Source: Candidatus Atribacteria bacterium
Lineage (GTDB): Bacteria > Atribacterota > Atribacteria > Atribacterales > JASGLU01
DNA: 56,624 bases
NCBI GenBank assembly: GCA_030156825.1
Contig: JASGLU010000003.1
Location: 1 to 56,624 of the forward strand
Direction: 5' to 3'
The notes under the pieces are model-generated. The model worked only from the letters and a program-made list of their open reading frames with translations, was not told the origin of the DNA and ran no database searches. Positions 30,145-40,458 of this stretch are shown here, piece by piece; the first letter of the stretch is position 1; every line of letters begins with the position of its first letter. The translations under genes were made by a program, and so were the position numbers.

Positions 30145-31107
30145 TTACCGGCTGCGACGGTTGCTAGCATAAAAGGAAAGAAGGACATAAAGCACAATGC
30201 CGAACACCAACCACTTTCCGGCATCGCCCAAGCCCAAGGCTATCAGCAGATTAGTTAAGGCCTGCAAAAAAATAGCCCCCAAAATAACCCCGATATAATT
30301 CCCATCTCCGCCGGTAAGCGACACTCCCCCTACTACTACGGCAGCGATGCTGGGCATAACATAGTTGGAAGCCATATCCTTGAAAGCAATTCCCATATTG
30401 CCAATCAAAAGCAAGCCTGTGAGACTGGCCAGCACTCCACTAACCATAAAAGCAATACATCTTACCCACTTCACATTGATGCCGCTCAGATAGGCAGTCG
30501 TTTCATTAGACCCTACCCCAAAAAGAATCGTTCCCCACTTCGTTTTATTAAGTATGATGGTAACTACCACCGTAATAGCAAGTAAAACAAAAAGAATGTT
30601 GGGAAAACCAGCGGTGGATTTGGCAGCAACAGTTGCCAGAATCGGTGAAGGCCTTCCGGTAATATTTCTTCCTGCCGTATAGGCGTTTACAATCCCCTGA
30701 AGAATGCTAGCCATAGCCATGGTTACTACCAAAGGTGGGAGCTTCAAAAAAGAGGCCAATGCTCCGTTAGCCAAACCGATAGCACTCCCCAAAACCAGAG
30801 CAATTAAAACAGCGGTTAGTAAATTAGCATTTTGCCCATCCATAACGCTGGCGGTGAGAACAGCCGTCAGAGTGGCAGCATAACCGACAGACAGGTCCAG
30901 GCCACCGCCCCCAGCAACAATTACAATCATTTGACAAAGAGCAAACAGGGCAGTAAACGAAGCCAGTTTCAAAGTAAACAAAACTTGTTCCACAGTCAAG
31001 AAGTTGGGTACTATTATCCCACCCAAAGCAAAAAGAAGCACGATTAAGATGAAAGCCACAATTATTTTTTTATACCTTTCAAAAAATATCGATCCGCTTA
31101 AAATCAT
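30145..31107 (-). CDS. Sugar ABC permease
   Basis: GGLDLSV, LPPLVVT, SIAAVVVGG. Confidence 0.9.
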   Translation of the reverse strand: MILSGSIFFERYKKIIVAFILIVLLFALGGIIVPNFLTVEQVLFTLKLASFTALFALCQMIVIVAGGGGLDLSVGYAATLTAVLTASVMDGQNANLLTAVLIALVLGSAIGLANGALASFLKLPPLVVTMAMASILQGIVNAYTAGRNITGRPSPILATVAAKSTAGFPNILFVLLAITVVVTIILNKTKWGTILFGVGSNETTAYLSGINVKWVRCIAFMVSGVLASLTGLLLIGNMGIAFKDMASNYVMPSIAAVVVGGVSLTGGDGNYIGVILGAIFLQALTNLLIALGLGDAGKWLVFGIVLYVLLSFYASNRRSR

Positions 31108-31120
31108 ACCGTCATTCTCC

Positions 31121-32140
31121 TCAATCTTCTTTACTACTATGCAAGTTATAAGCTACAGGAGCAGCAATAGCAACAATTACGATTAATCCTGACACCAGAG
31201 TTTGATAAGCGTAAGAAATATTGGCAAAGAAAATAATTTTATTTACAAAACTAAGAATCAGGGCTCCCACCAGGGCAAAATAAACACTTCCTCGGCCTCC
31301 GGTTAGAGCTATTCCCCCAACAATGGCAGAGGCAATCGCCCGCAGGGTTAAGGGATCACCCATTCTTGCATCCCCGGATTGGTTCTGTCCTACAAAAAAT
31401 AAAGCTGCCAGAAAAATAAATATCGAGTTAATAACGCAAGCCAACAGCTGCACTTTTGCTGTATTAATACCACTGGCATAGGCGTTATCGTTGTTACTTC
31501 CGACCGCATAAATGTACCTCCCGGTTTTAGTTTTGCTAACAATAAACCATATAAAACAAGCTATTAAAACTAAAATTAAAGCCGGAGGGATAACTCGACC
31601 AAACTGCTCAATAGCGGGATGAATGCCGTCCACCATTGCCGGATTATAGAACATCCTGAACCAGGCAACCGACTCTCCTCCGGGAGTAGGCCGTAAGAAA
31701 AGGCCGATTCCTAACCATATGTAAGAAGTGGCAAAGGTAACAATAACCGGGGGAATTCTAAGGTAACCGATACCAATACCGTTAACCACCCCCACCATAA
31801 TTGCTACCGCAAAGGTAATAATTATGGCGTACACTCCGGTTATCGGCTCTCCTCTTTTCATAACCGTTGTCAGCACACAGGTAAAAAGAGAAAGGGCCGC
31901 ACCAGCAGAAAGGTCCAGTCCACCAGATATAATGACTACCCCCGCCCCCATTGCCAGCAGTATCAACGGAGCAAAGGCGTTAATATTTCTCACAATGGAC
32001 TTGATGGTAAAGAAATTTTCCTGCAGCACGGCAGTAATCACAACCATTGCTATCAATATCACCAAACTGGAAAACTCGGGACGAAAAACATAGTTTGCTA
32101 AATTAAGTCTCGGGGAATTATGGTTGGTTTTATTCATCAT
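31121..32140 (-). CDS. Sugar ABC permease
   Basis: GGLDLSA, IPPVIVT, AIASAIVGG. Confidence 0.9.
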   Translation of the reverse strand: MMNKTNHNSPRLNLANYVFRPEFSSLVILIAMVVITAVLQENFFTIKSIVRNINAFAPLILLAMGAGVVIISGGLDLSAGAALSLFTCVLTTVMKRGEPITGVYAIIITFAVAIMVGVVNGIGIGYLRIPPVIVTFATSYIWLGIGLFLRPTPGGESVAWFRMFYNPAMVDGIHPAIEQFGRVIPPALILVLIACFIWFIVSKTKTGRYIYAVGSNNDNAYASGINTAKVQLLACVINSIFIFLAALFFVGQNQSGDARMGDPLTLRAIASAIVGGIALTGGRGSVYFALVGALILSFVNKIIFFANISYAYQTLVSGLIVIVAIAAPVAYNLHSSKED

Positions 32141-32150
32141 TTATCACACC

Positions 32151-33650
32151 TTATCTCACCCGCATAGAACAGGCAATAATTGTGTCTTCGCTTATATCTT
32201 CGCCTTCAAGAGTGGTAACAATTTGCCCTTCATACATGATGAGAACTCTATCACAGTAGTCTACCAACTCTTCGTTGTCACTGGCATACAAGATAACACT
32301 CATGTTCTTTTCTTGCACTTGATCTACAATATACTGGTATAAATCTCTTTTTGCCCCAATATCAACTCCCTTAGCCGGATCAGCCAGCAGAAGAACATTG
32401 ATATCAAACGGCAACCATTTTCCTACCACCACTTTTTGCTGATTTCCACCTGATAAAGTCTCTACTGGCGCATCAACCGTAGGCGTTTTTATCGAAAGAA
32501 CATCCACTATTTCCTCACATTCCTCCCGGTATTTCTCATAAGGAATAAAGAGCGGATGATGGGGAAGACTCATCTTAGGAAAAATTATATTAAATAATAC
32601 CGAATGCCTCAGAAAAAGACCTTCCAATTGCTTATCACCCGGGACCAACAGAATACCCTCTTTTATAGCATTCACTGGCTTGTTCAGTTTAACTTCTTTT
32701 CCCATGAGCTCTGCCTCACAGCTAATACCGGGGAAACTGCCAGCTAAAGCATGCATCAACTCGAGCTGACCCTGTCCCGCCAGCCCTCCTACACCTAATA
32801 TCTCCCCTTTTTTTAGCTCAAACGACACGTCTTTCAGTTTACCGTAATTTAAATTTTTGATACGCAAAATTGTTCCACCGGTTACCGCTTTTCGCTTCTC
32901 TTCTACTCTCTCTTTTTGGGTTTCTCCGGTAATATAACTTACAATTTTTTCTGGATCTTTTTCTTCTTTTTCAAAATCAATACTGGCCACATTTTCGCCA
33001 TTCCTGAAAATAGTAGCATCGTCACAAATCTCCATTACTTCCCAGAGACGATGGGAAGTAAAAATCATAGCTACCCCTTTTTTAGCCAACGCTCGCATGT
33101 AATTAAAAAGATTTTTAACTTGAGCCTGCTCTAAGGCAGCGGTAGGCTCATCCAGGATAAGAAGTTGAGGGTTTTGAGAAACGGCCTTGGCTATTTCTAC
33201 AATTTGCATTTCTCCCGGATTTAATTGGGAAACTTTTTTATTGATATCTAACTCGGGAAGAAGTTGGGCTAAAATCTTGGTAGACAACTCTCTGGCACTA
33301 TCGTTGTCTAAAAACATACCCCTACTTTCTTCTGCTCCTAAGACGATATTTTGCCAAACGGTTAGATCTGCCACTAAACTGAGATTTTGAAATACCATGG
33401 CAATCCCGTCTTTTCGAGCTTCACTCGGACTCCGGTAGTTTACCACTCTACCTTTATATCTTATCTCTCCTCCATCAGCCTGGTAAACTCCGGTGATAAT
33501 TTTGGACATAGTGCTCTTACCGGAACCATTGGCCCCCAAAAGACCGGTGATTCTCCCTTGGTAACAACGCAAATTAGCATTGGCAAGAGCAGTTACCCCG
33601 CCAAAATGCTTTTTAATCCCTATCGCTTCTAAAATTACCAACGTTATCAC
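32151..33650 (-). CDS. Sugar ABC ATPase (two-domain RbsA-like)
   Basis: GANGSGKS, LDEPT, LSGGNQQK; start uncertain (33650 or ORF-track 33677). Confidence 0.9.
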   Translation of the reverse strand: MITLVILEAIGIKKHFGGVTALANANLRCYQGRITGLLGANGSGKSTMSKIITGVYQADGGEIRYKGRVVNYRSPSEARKDGIAMVFQNLSLVADLTVWQNIVLGAEESRGMFLDNDSARELSTKILAQLLPELDINKKVSQLNPGEMQIVEIAKAVSQNPQLLILDEPTAALEQAQVKNLFNYMRALAKKGVAMIFTSHRLWEVMEICDDATIFRNGENVASIDFEKEEKDPEKIVSYITGETQKERVEEKRKAVTGGTILRIKNLNYGKLKDVSFELKKGEILGVGGLAGQGQLELMHALAGSFPGISCEAELMGKEVKLNKPVNAIKEGILLVPGDKQLEGLFLRHSVLFNIIFPKMSLPHHPLFIPYEKYREECEEIVDVLSIKTPTVDAPVETLSGGNQQKVVVGKWLPFDINVLLLADPAKGVDIGAKRDLYQYIVDQVQEKNMSVILYASDNEELVDYCDRVLIMYEGQIVTTLEGEDISEDTIIACSMRVR

Positions 33651-33676
33651 TCGCTCTCTCAATGAATAACAGCTCA

Positions 33677-33706
33677 CCCGAGGGGGTAAAAAACTACCCC
33701 CTCGGG
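33677..33706 (-). terminator. Stem-loop after binding-protein gene
   Basis: CCCGAGGGGGTA-N6-TACCCCCTCGGG. Confidence 0.6.
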
Positions 33707-33733
33707 AATTAGCAAATAAAAGGCGATTTCCTC

Positions 33734-34792
33734 TTATTCAAATAAGGCTGCCACTTCTTCTTCAGACATAATTTCGCTTAACAGGTAATCATCTGGTTTA
33801 TCTTTTAAGAGCTCCCAAGCTTCATCAAAGTTTTCATCGGTAACGAACATGCTAACCTGATAATAGAAGGTGTTATCTTGCAAAATATCTGGTTTGAAGT
33901 TTTTCCCGTTATAGAGCTGCAAAGCTATCCGGAAGGCAGTTCCACCAATCCCCGGAGGATTAGGCTGAGTACAGGCTTTAAAATCAGCTCCCTGATCTCG
34001 CAGTTTCTTCCACTCTTTAAAGAAGGCAGTACCTGGGTCGCCATACATAACTTTGGGAAGCTTGTTGGCATCTAAGAAAGCAGAAAGAATTCCATAGGCC
34101 ATACCATCTTGGGTAATAACCGCATCGATTTGCTGACCGGAAGCAATAATCTGGGTGGCCACTTCTTTGGCCTTGGTTTGATCCCAATAGCCCGAAGTGT
34201 CGGCAATCAACTTGATATCCGGATAGTTGGCAAGGACATCATAAGTCGCTCTAATCCGATCGTTGTTTGCCGGATGTCCTTCTAAACCATAGATCTGGAT
34301 AGCATTTCCTTCTTGCAAGGTGGAGGCAATAAACTCCACATTGTTCTTATTCCAGGCATAGTGGTCCAGAGTGATATTAATTACATCAGGAGCGGTTACC
34401 GTAGCATCAAAAGCCACTACTAAAATGCCTTCCTCCTGAGCTTCCCTGATGACGCCGTTGAGTGCATCCGGGGAGTTAGGATTTACCAGAATGATGTCTA
34501 CCCCCTGGGATATAAAATCACGGAGGATATTGGCCTGCTCAGTAGCATCACCGTTGGTAATATTGTTTACTATCTTGTAGTCAGCAATTTTACCCGCCGC
34601 TTTGTATTCATCACCGACTTCTTCTATGGCAGCTATCATGATATCCCGCCAGGAAGTACCGGATGAACCGGTGGAAATTCCTACTACCGGTGGCTTTTGA
34701 GCAAAAGCCTGTCCAGCAACGGCGAGAAACAACACACAGATAAGACTGAAAATCAACACCCCACTGGTAGATTTAAACATTTTGTTTAACAC
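33734..34792 (-). CDS. Sugar ABC substrate-binding protein
   Basis: Signal peptide ending AFA; SWRDIM, QGVDIILVNPNS, periplasmic binding fold I. Confidence 0.88.
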   Translation of the reverse strand: MLNKMFKSTSGVLIFSLICVLFLAVAGQAFAQKPPVVGISTGSSGTSWRDIMIAAIEEVGDEYKAAGKIADYKIVNNITNGDATEQANILRDFISQGVDIILVNPNSPDALNGVIREAQEEGILVVAFDATVTAPDVINITLDHYAWNKNNVEFIASTLQEGNAIQIYGLEGHPANNDRIRATYDVLANYPDIKLIADTSGYWDQTKAKEVATQIIASGQQIDAVITQDGMAYGILSAFLDANKLPKVMYGDPGTAFFKEWKKLRDQGADFKACTQPNPPGIGGTAFRIALQLYNGKNFKPDILQDNTFYYQVSMFVTDENFDEAWELLKDKPDDYLLSEIMSEEEVAALFE

Positions 34793-34991
34793 GTCAACAA
34801 CCCCTTTCTTTTAGTTTTTGATTAAAAATAAAAAACAGACTTCCTTACTATTTAACAAATTTGACCTATCCTCTCACCTCCTTTTTAAGGAAATAATAAC
34901 CTTTCTTTCAATTCAATTCAATTTTTAATAAACTTTATTTGGGTTAACTTGAGCCAACCATAGCTCTGAAAGTTTTAAAATTTGCTTTAAC

Positions 34992-35050
34992 ACATCATGT
35001 TAGTTATGACATTATATCATGTATTATATCCCGTTCTTTTTAATTTGCAA
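34992..35050 (-). promoter_or_regulatory. Promoter of the ABC operon with candidate GntR-type site
   Basis: - strand TTGCAA-N16-TATAAT then ACATGATATAATGTCATAACTAACATGATGT. Confidence 0.55.
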
Positions 35051-35118
35051 CCCTGGCCTGTGTTTTAATGAGTGAAGAAATTCTATAAACCAAAACAGCA
35101 AAAACTGCTAAAAACATA

Positions 35119-35166
35119 TTATTAATCCCACCAACATAGGCAAAAACCAGCTGGTGGGATTAATAA
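35119..35166 (-). terminator. Probable terminator
   Basis: TTATTAATCCCACCA..TGGTGGGATTAATAA inverted repeat. Confidence 0.55.
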
Positions 35167-35385
35167 TTATATACTATATACTACTTGAGGTTAATACTAC
35201 CCACAACGGTAACAACAGTAGTAATTTTGGCCGATAACCCTCATATGATTGCTACTATCAATTTGTAATTGGATTTATTCCTTTGGCGTCTATTTTTTGC
35301 ATACGACTCTGTTTAGATTTAAGTCTTTCCCTGCTGGTATTAAGAACAGCCTAAGCTTACTGGCTATATATTTTTAAAAATATAA

Positions 35386-36432
35386 TTACTTACTTTCTCT
35401 TTCCCTCATTTTGGCCTCATAATAAGCTAAGTCATATTGAAATTTGTCTGCTTCCACTCCGGCAAAATAAGCATCCTTTTTCCAGGGAATCGCCGAATCT
35501 ACATTTTCCTCGGTAATTAAATCCGAATAAACTGTCAAGAGCCTTTCAAAAGGTTCCCCTTTAAAGTATCTCACCACCTGTTGAAAAGATAAGTGAGCAC
35601 ATAACGATGGTGGATCTGGAGCCGTAGCTGCCACCTTGCCAGCCTTGATCCACTCTATACCTTCTTCTTTGCCATTGGTAGTAAGTATAATTTTATCCTT
35701 GCCAGGAACGATTCCCTGCTCCTCAAACACTTGGAGAACCCCAGCGGTCATTTCCTCATTCATTACATAGACTATATCAAATTCTCTACCAGAAGCCAAA
35801 AGGTCCTGAGCAACTGGTATAGCTTTAGTACGTTGCCACTCGCCCGAGCCCACACTCACAGCTTCAATCCCTGTGTTATAGTCATCCAGAGCATCCTGTA
35901 TTCCTTGAGCGTGAGCTTCGGCTGTTCCCTGACCGTACATGCCGTCTATGGTAACTACTTTAGCGTTCGGGTAATTTTTAGCAATCCATTCACCGTTCAT
36001 ATAACCACAGTTGTAATAACTGAAACCTACATGACCATCAACCCGACCACCGGTTGATTCTTCATCGGGCCGCCCCACCACAAAAAATATGGGAACACCC
36101 GCCTCATTAGCTATTTTGGCAGCCTGACCAGCAGAGTATACATTTGCAGTGATAACAACTATTGCGTCTACTCCTTTAATTATCAGATCCTGCACGTTCG
36201 AAATTTCTTTCTCTGGTGAATATTCGGAATTTAAAACCGTAACTTCCCAACCCATATCTTTTGCCAAAGCTTCGTAAACATCGAATAGCTTGTAGTAGTA
36301 ATCATCTGGACCAGCATTCACCAAACCAATACTTTTCCCAGCTAAATCAGAATCCACCGCTTCCCCAAAAGCGAAGGCGGTTGAAGCTAATAACAGAGTA
36401 ACCACCATGACAAACAGTATTAATTTCCTCAT
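35386..36432 (-). CDS. Sugar ABC substrate-binding protein (RbsB-like)
   Basis: Signal peptide; EISNVQDLIIKGVDAIV, YVMNEEM. Confidence 0.88.
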   Translation of the reverse strand: MRKLILFVMVVTLLLASTAFAFGEAVDSDLAGKSIGLVNAGPDDYYYKLFDVYEALAKDMGWEVTVLNSEYSPEKEISNVQDLIIKGVDAIVVITANVYSAGQAAKIANEAGVPIFFVVGRPDEESTGGRVDGHVGFSYYNCGYMNGEWIAKNYPNAKVVTIDGMYGQGTAEAHAQGIQDALDDYNTGIEAVSVGSGEWQRTKAIPVAQDLLASGREFDIVYVMNEEMTAGVLQVFEEQGIVPGKDKIILTTNGKEEGIEWIKAGKVAATAPDPPSLCAHLSFQQVVRYFKGEPFERLLTVYSDLITEENVDSAIPWKKDAYFAGVEADKFQYDLAYYEAKMRERESK

Positions 36433-36546
36433 CCTATTTACCTCCTTTGATTAAAGATTTTAATTCTAACACCAGCAGGGAAAACTTTTAAACAAATTCA
36501 GTATCAATCCAAAAAATACGCCCCTCCATTCTTATTTTTGACTTAC

Positions 36547-37521
36547 TTACACACCGCTCGACCTTAAACTGCTATAATAGCTAACCATTACAGAAACTAC
36601 GATAACTGTACCTTTAAAAACATACTGCCAGTGAGGGGATATACCAATAACATTCATTGCATTAGTAATACTACCAAGTAAAAATACACCGATAACCGTA
36701 CCCCAAATACCACCTTTGCCACCGCTTAATGCAGTCCCACCCACTACAGCTGCAGCAATAGCATCTATTTCTTTTCCTGAACCCATTAGAGGATTACCCG
36801 TACCCAGCCTTGATAGCTGAGTCATAGCTGCTATAGATACCAACAAACCGTTAATAATATATATAATTAATTTGAAGTTTTTAACATTTATACCGGCCAG
36901 ATAGGCCGCATTTTCATTGCATCCAACCGCATATATCCGTCTTCCAAATTTTGTATACTTAAGTATCAAGCTCAACAATATTGCTAGAGATATAAATACA
37001 TAAGCCGGCATCCCAATGCCAAGCGGAAAGGTTCTTCCCAATAACCTGAACCGATCTCCAATGCCTATCTCTGAGCCTTTGGTTATTAAATAGGTAAAAC
37101 CCTGATAAATAATCATAAATCCTAAAGATACAATGAATGGTTCCAATTTAGTCCTAGAGATTATGAACCCCATTACTCCAGAAGATAAAATTGCAGCAGC
37201 AACACCTAAAATCACGACAACTGGTATTGGCAACCCTGCCACCATTAAATAAGCCATTGCACAACCAATAAAACTTACAAACCAACCAACAGATAGATCA
37301 ATCCCCCCCGAGAGCATAACTAATGTCATTCCTAAAGCCAGCATGCCTGTTATCGAAACCTGAATTAATATGTTTCTGATGTTTAGGGGCATCAAAAATC
37401 GAGGTTGAATAATACTAACAATTACAATAAAAACAAGGAAAACAAGGAATATTGGAGCAGTGTCGCTATGCAAGTACCTCACGACAGACAACCTATTTCT
37501 TTTGCCTGTTTTAGGATCCAA
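36547..37521 (-). CDS. Sugar ABC permease (RbsC-like)
   Basis: GGIDLSVG, EPFIVSLG, DAIAAAVVGG. Confidence 0.92.
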   Translation of the reverse strand: MDPKTGKRNRLSVVRYLHSDTAPIFLVFLVFIVIVSIIQPRFLMPLNIRNILIQVSITGMLALGMTLVMLSGGIDLSVGWFVSFIGCAMAYLMVAGLPIPVVVILGVAAAILSSGVMGFIISRTKLEPFIVSLGFMIIYQGFTYLITKGSEIGIGDRFRLLGRTFPLGIGMPAYVFISLAILLSLILKYTKFGRRIYAVGCNENAAYLAGINVKNFKLIIYIINGLLVSIAAMTQLSRLGTGNPLMGSGKEIDAIAAAVVGGTALSGGKGGIWGTVIGVFLLGSITNAMNVIGISPHWQYVFKGTVIVVSVMVSYYSSLRSSGV

Positions 37522-37534
37522 AATTGTCTACCCC

Positions 37535-39034
37535 CTAATAAACTCCTATTGAATATTTGAGAATGTTTTCCTCGGAAAAATCATCCCGCTTTAATTCTGC
37601 CACTATTTCGCCATCACGCATTACGTTTATTCTGTCACTCATGGCTATCAATTCCATCATATCCGAGGAAATCATTATTATACTTTTACCCTCTCTTAAA
37701 AGGCTTATCATCAATTTGTATATTTCCTCTTTAGCACCTACATCTATACCTACTGTGGGTTCATCAAATATAAATATTTGACCGTCTGTTAAAAACCACT
37801 TCCCCAAAATTACCTTTTGTTGATTGCCCCCGGATAAAAACACCACCTTCTGATATATTGTAGGGGTAACAATATTCAGCTTCTCAACGTATTCTTTGGC
37901 TTTTTGAGCATCTTCTCGGGGCGAGACTAATTCCGACTTCGTATTTGTATAGTTAGCCATAACTAAGTTATCTACCACCGGAAGCTCTAAAAATAAACCA
38001 CTTCCTTGCCTATCTTCAGTTATAAAACACATTCCATTTAGTATGGCCTCCTTAGGAGAAGCAATACTTGCTTTTTTCCCGTTTATTCTTATCTCTCCAC
38101 TATCGGCCGGCTTTACACCAAACAAGAGTTCAGCCAATTCTGTTCTTCCCGATCCAACCATCCCGGCAATCCCCAGAAGCTCTCCCTTGCGGACATAAAG
38201 CGACGCGTTCTTCACTCCATTTCCACTTAAATTACGAGCTTCAAACACCAATTCCTCTTCTATAGAATGTTCTCTTAGTAGTTCGTCTCCTCCTTTGTAA
38301 AAAGTTGATATATCTCTACCTATCATATCTTTTATTATCTTTTCCTCAGTTACATCCTCGATTTCGTAAGTGTTTATTTTTGCCCCGTCACGGATAACCG
38401 TAACCCTGTCTGCAATTTTAAAAACTTCCTCCAAGCGATGCGAGATATAAATAATACTTACCCCTTTTTGTTTAAGCTTCCTTAAAACTTTAAAAAGGTT
38501 ATCTATTTCTTCTTCCCCCAAGGAAGCGGTAGGCTCATCAAGAATCATTACCTTTGATTCCTGTATAAGACCTCTTGCTATTTCTACAATCTTTTTCTTA
38601 CCACTACCTAAATATTGAACAATCGTATCAGGGTCGATATCTGCATTAAGATCTTTGAATATCTCCCGGGCTTTCTCCCTCATCTTTTGTTTGTCTACAA
38701 ACAATCCCCCTTCTTCTCTACCTACAAACAGATTTTCAGCAACGGACAAAAGAGGAAATAAAGTATGTTCTTGATAAATCGTCTGTATTCCCAATGCTAT
38801 AGCGAGGTGAGGGTTTAGTCGGTCCAGCTTTTTGCCTTCAAAATATATAACACCTTCATCAGGGGCATAGGCACCAGAAAGAATTTTTATCAGCGTAGTT
38901 TTCCCAGCACCATTTTCTCCACAAATACAATGAATCTCGCCCTCTCTCAAATCAAAATCAAATCCACTGAAAACCTTTACTCCGGGAAACGACTTAGATA
39001 TGTTTTCTACCTGCAAACAAACTTTTTCCTGCAC
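37535..39034 (-). CDS. Sugar ABC ATPase (RbsA-like)
   Basis: GENGAGKT, ISHRLEE, LSGGNQQK, DEPTVGIDVG. Confidence 0.92.
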   Translation of the reverse strand: MQEKVCLQVENISKSFPGVKVFSGFDFDLREGEIHCICGENGAGKTTLIKILSGAYAPDEGVIYFEGKKLDRLNPHLAIALGIQTIYQEHTLFPLLSVAENLFVGREEGGLFVDKQKMREKAREIFKDLNADIDPDTIVQYLGSGKKKIVEIARGLIQESKVMILDEPTASLGEEEIDNLFKVLRKLKQKGVSIIYISHRLEEVFKIADRVTVIRDGAKINTYEIEDVTEEKIIKDMIGRDISTFYKGGDELLREHSIEEELVFEARNLSGNGVKNASLYVRKGELLGIAGMVGSGRTELAELLFGVKPADSGEIRINGKKASIASPKEAILNGMCFITEDRQGSGLFLELPVVDNLVMANYTNTKSELVSPREDAQKAKEYVEKLNIVTPTIYQKVVFLSGGNQQKVILGKWFLTDGQIFIFDEPTVGIDVGAKEEIYKLMISLLREGKSIIMISSDMMELIAMSDRINVMRDGEIVAELKRDDFSEENILKYSIGVY

Positions 39035-39361
39035 CCACTTTCCCCCTTTTAATACACAACATCTTAGCCTAAAACTAAATAGCCAAATTGAGTAAGGCTA
39101 TTTATCCAGAACCCCCATTGGGTAAGCCGGCATAATAAAAAACCAAGGAGGATGGCACAAACACGCTCAGTGACTACGTATAGCTGACCACCCTTGAGGG
39201 AGCTTTCAGATTAGTAAACACCTTCCACCTAAAGTCTTATAATCTAACGCTCCCTCCTTTGTACTTCACTCCTTAACTGGGGAACCATCCTCCTTTTATA
39301 GGCTTTTTCTCAATCAATAAAAAGAATCTAACTTGCTTGCAGCCCCTAATCCCATTATCTC

Positions 39362-40444
39362 TCAATCGATATCAATCATCACCCTTAACGGATTCCCTCG
39401 TTTCTCCTTTGCTACAAGCAGTCCTTCCATCAAACTTTCCAAGGAGAAATGATGGGTTATTAATTTATTAACATCTACTAAGCCGCTATCCACCGCTTGA
39501 ATAGCTTCTACCCAGGTAAAAGAGGCCAACCAGGAAAAGCGGATGGTTTTATCCCAGAAAATGGTTTGCAAAGCAGGAACCTCTAATAAATCTTTCTCCC
39601 CTGGTAAACCAAAGTAGACTATAATTGATCTTCTCCCCGAAACTTCAAGGGCCATTTGCATGGCTTTCTTTGACCCGGTCACCACAATTACTCTGTCAGC
39701 CATCTTGCCTTCAGTTAGCCGGCCAATTTCTTCCTTAAAATCAGAAGTATAGTAAGGGGATTGCTCTTCGTTAAGGTTATAAACGCGATCTACCCCCATA
39801 TTTTTCCCCACTTCCAGCCGATAATCCCGGGTCCCAGCCAGAATTACCTCTCCCGCTCCTCTTTTTTTAGCTAAAGTAGCTATAGATAAACCAATTGGTC
39901 CCGGTCCAAACACCACCACCCTGTTTCCCAAACCGACGTCCAGATTTTTTACTCCATACACTGCGTTAGCTAAAGGTTCAACAAAAGCACCGGCTGAGTA
40001 GGAAACATTGTCTGATAATTTATAAACATGCTGATAATTAGCCGCTACATATTCGGCAAAAGCACCATTGGCCGAAACTCCCAAAACCGCTTTGTTTTCA
40101 CATAAGTTTACCTGACCTCGGTAACAGACTTCGCAAGCATTGCAGTATTGAACCGGGTTTACTGTGACTCTGTCGCCGGCTTTCAAAAGCTTTTTCTGGG
40201 CAGGAATTTTTCCTACCTCTACTACTTCCCCCGAAAACTCGTGTCCCAGGATAAGTGGCCCTTTACCATCGGGAGTTTCCAGGGGAGAATCACCCCAGTA
40301 ATAAGCCACATCAGAACCACATATTCCACAAGCCTTTACCTTAATCAAAACCTCATCATCTTCTATTTGAGGAACATCAACTTCCTCCAACTTCATGACT
40401 TCTGGTTCGTAAAATACCCAGGCTTTCATCTTTTGAGAACTCAT
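39362..40444 (-). CDS. Zn-dependent polyol/sugar dehydrogenase (MDR)
   Basis: CGICGSD, GHEFSG, CNACEVC..C, GPGPIG. Confidence 0.9.
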   Translation of the reverse strand: MSSQKMKAWVFYEPEVMKLEEVDVPQIEDDEVLIKVKACGICGSDVAYYWGDSPLETPDGKGPLILGHEFSGEVVEVGKIPAQKKLLKAGDRVTVNPVQYCNACEVCYRGQVNLCENKAVLGVSANGAFAEYVAANYQHVYKLSDNVSYSAGAFVEPLANAVYGVKNLDVGLGNRVVVFGPGPIGLSIATLAKKRGAGEVILAGTRDYRLEVGKNMGVDRVYNLNEEQSPYYTSDFKEEIGRLTEGKMADRVIVVTGSKKAMQMALEVSGRRSIIVYFGLPGEKDLLEVPALQTIFWDKTIRFSWLASFTWVEAIQAVDSGLVDVNKLITHHFSLESLMEGLLVAKEKRGNPLRVMIDID

Positions 40445-40458
40445 CAATTTATCCTCCC

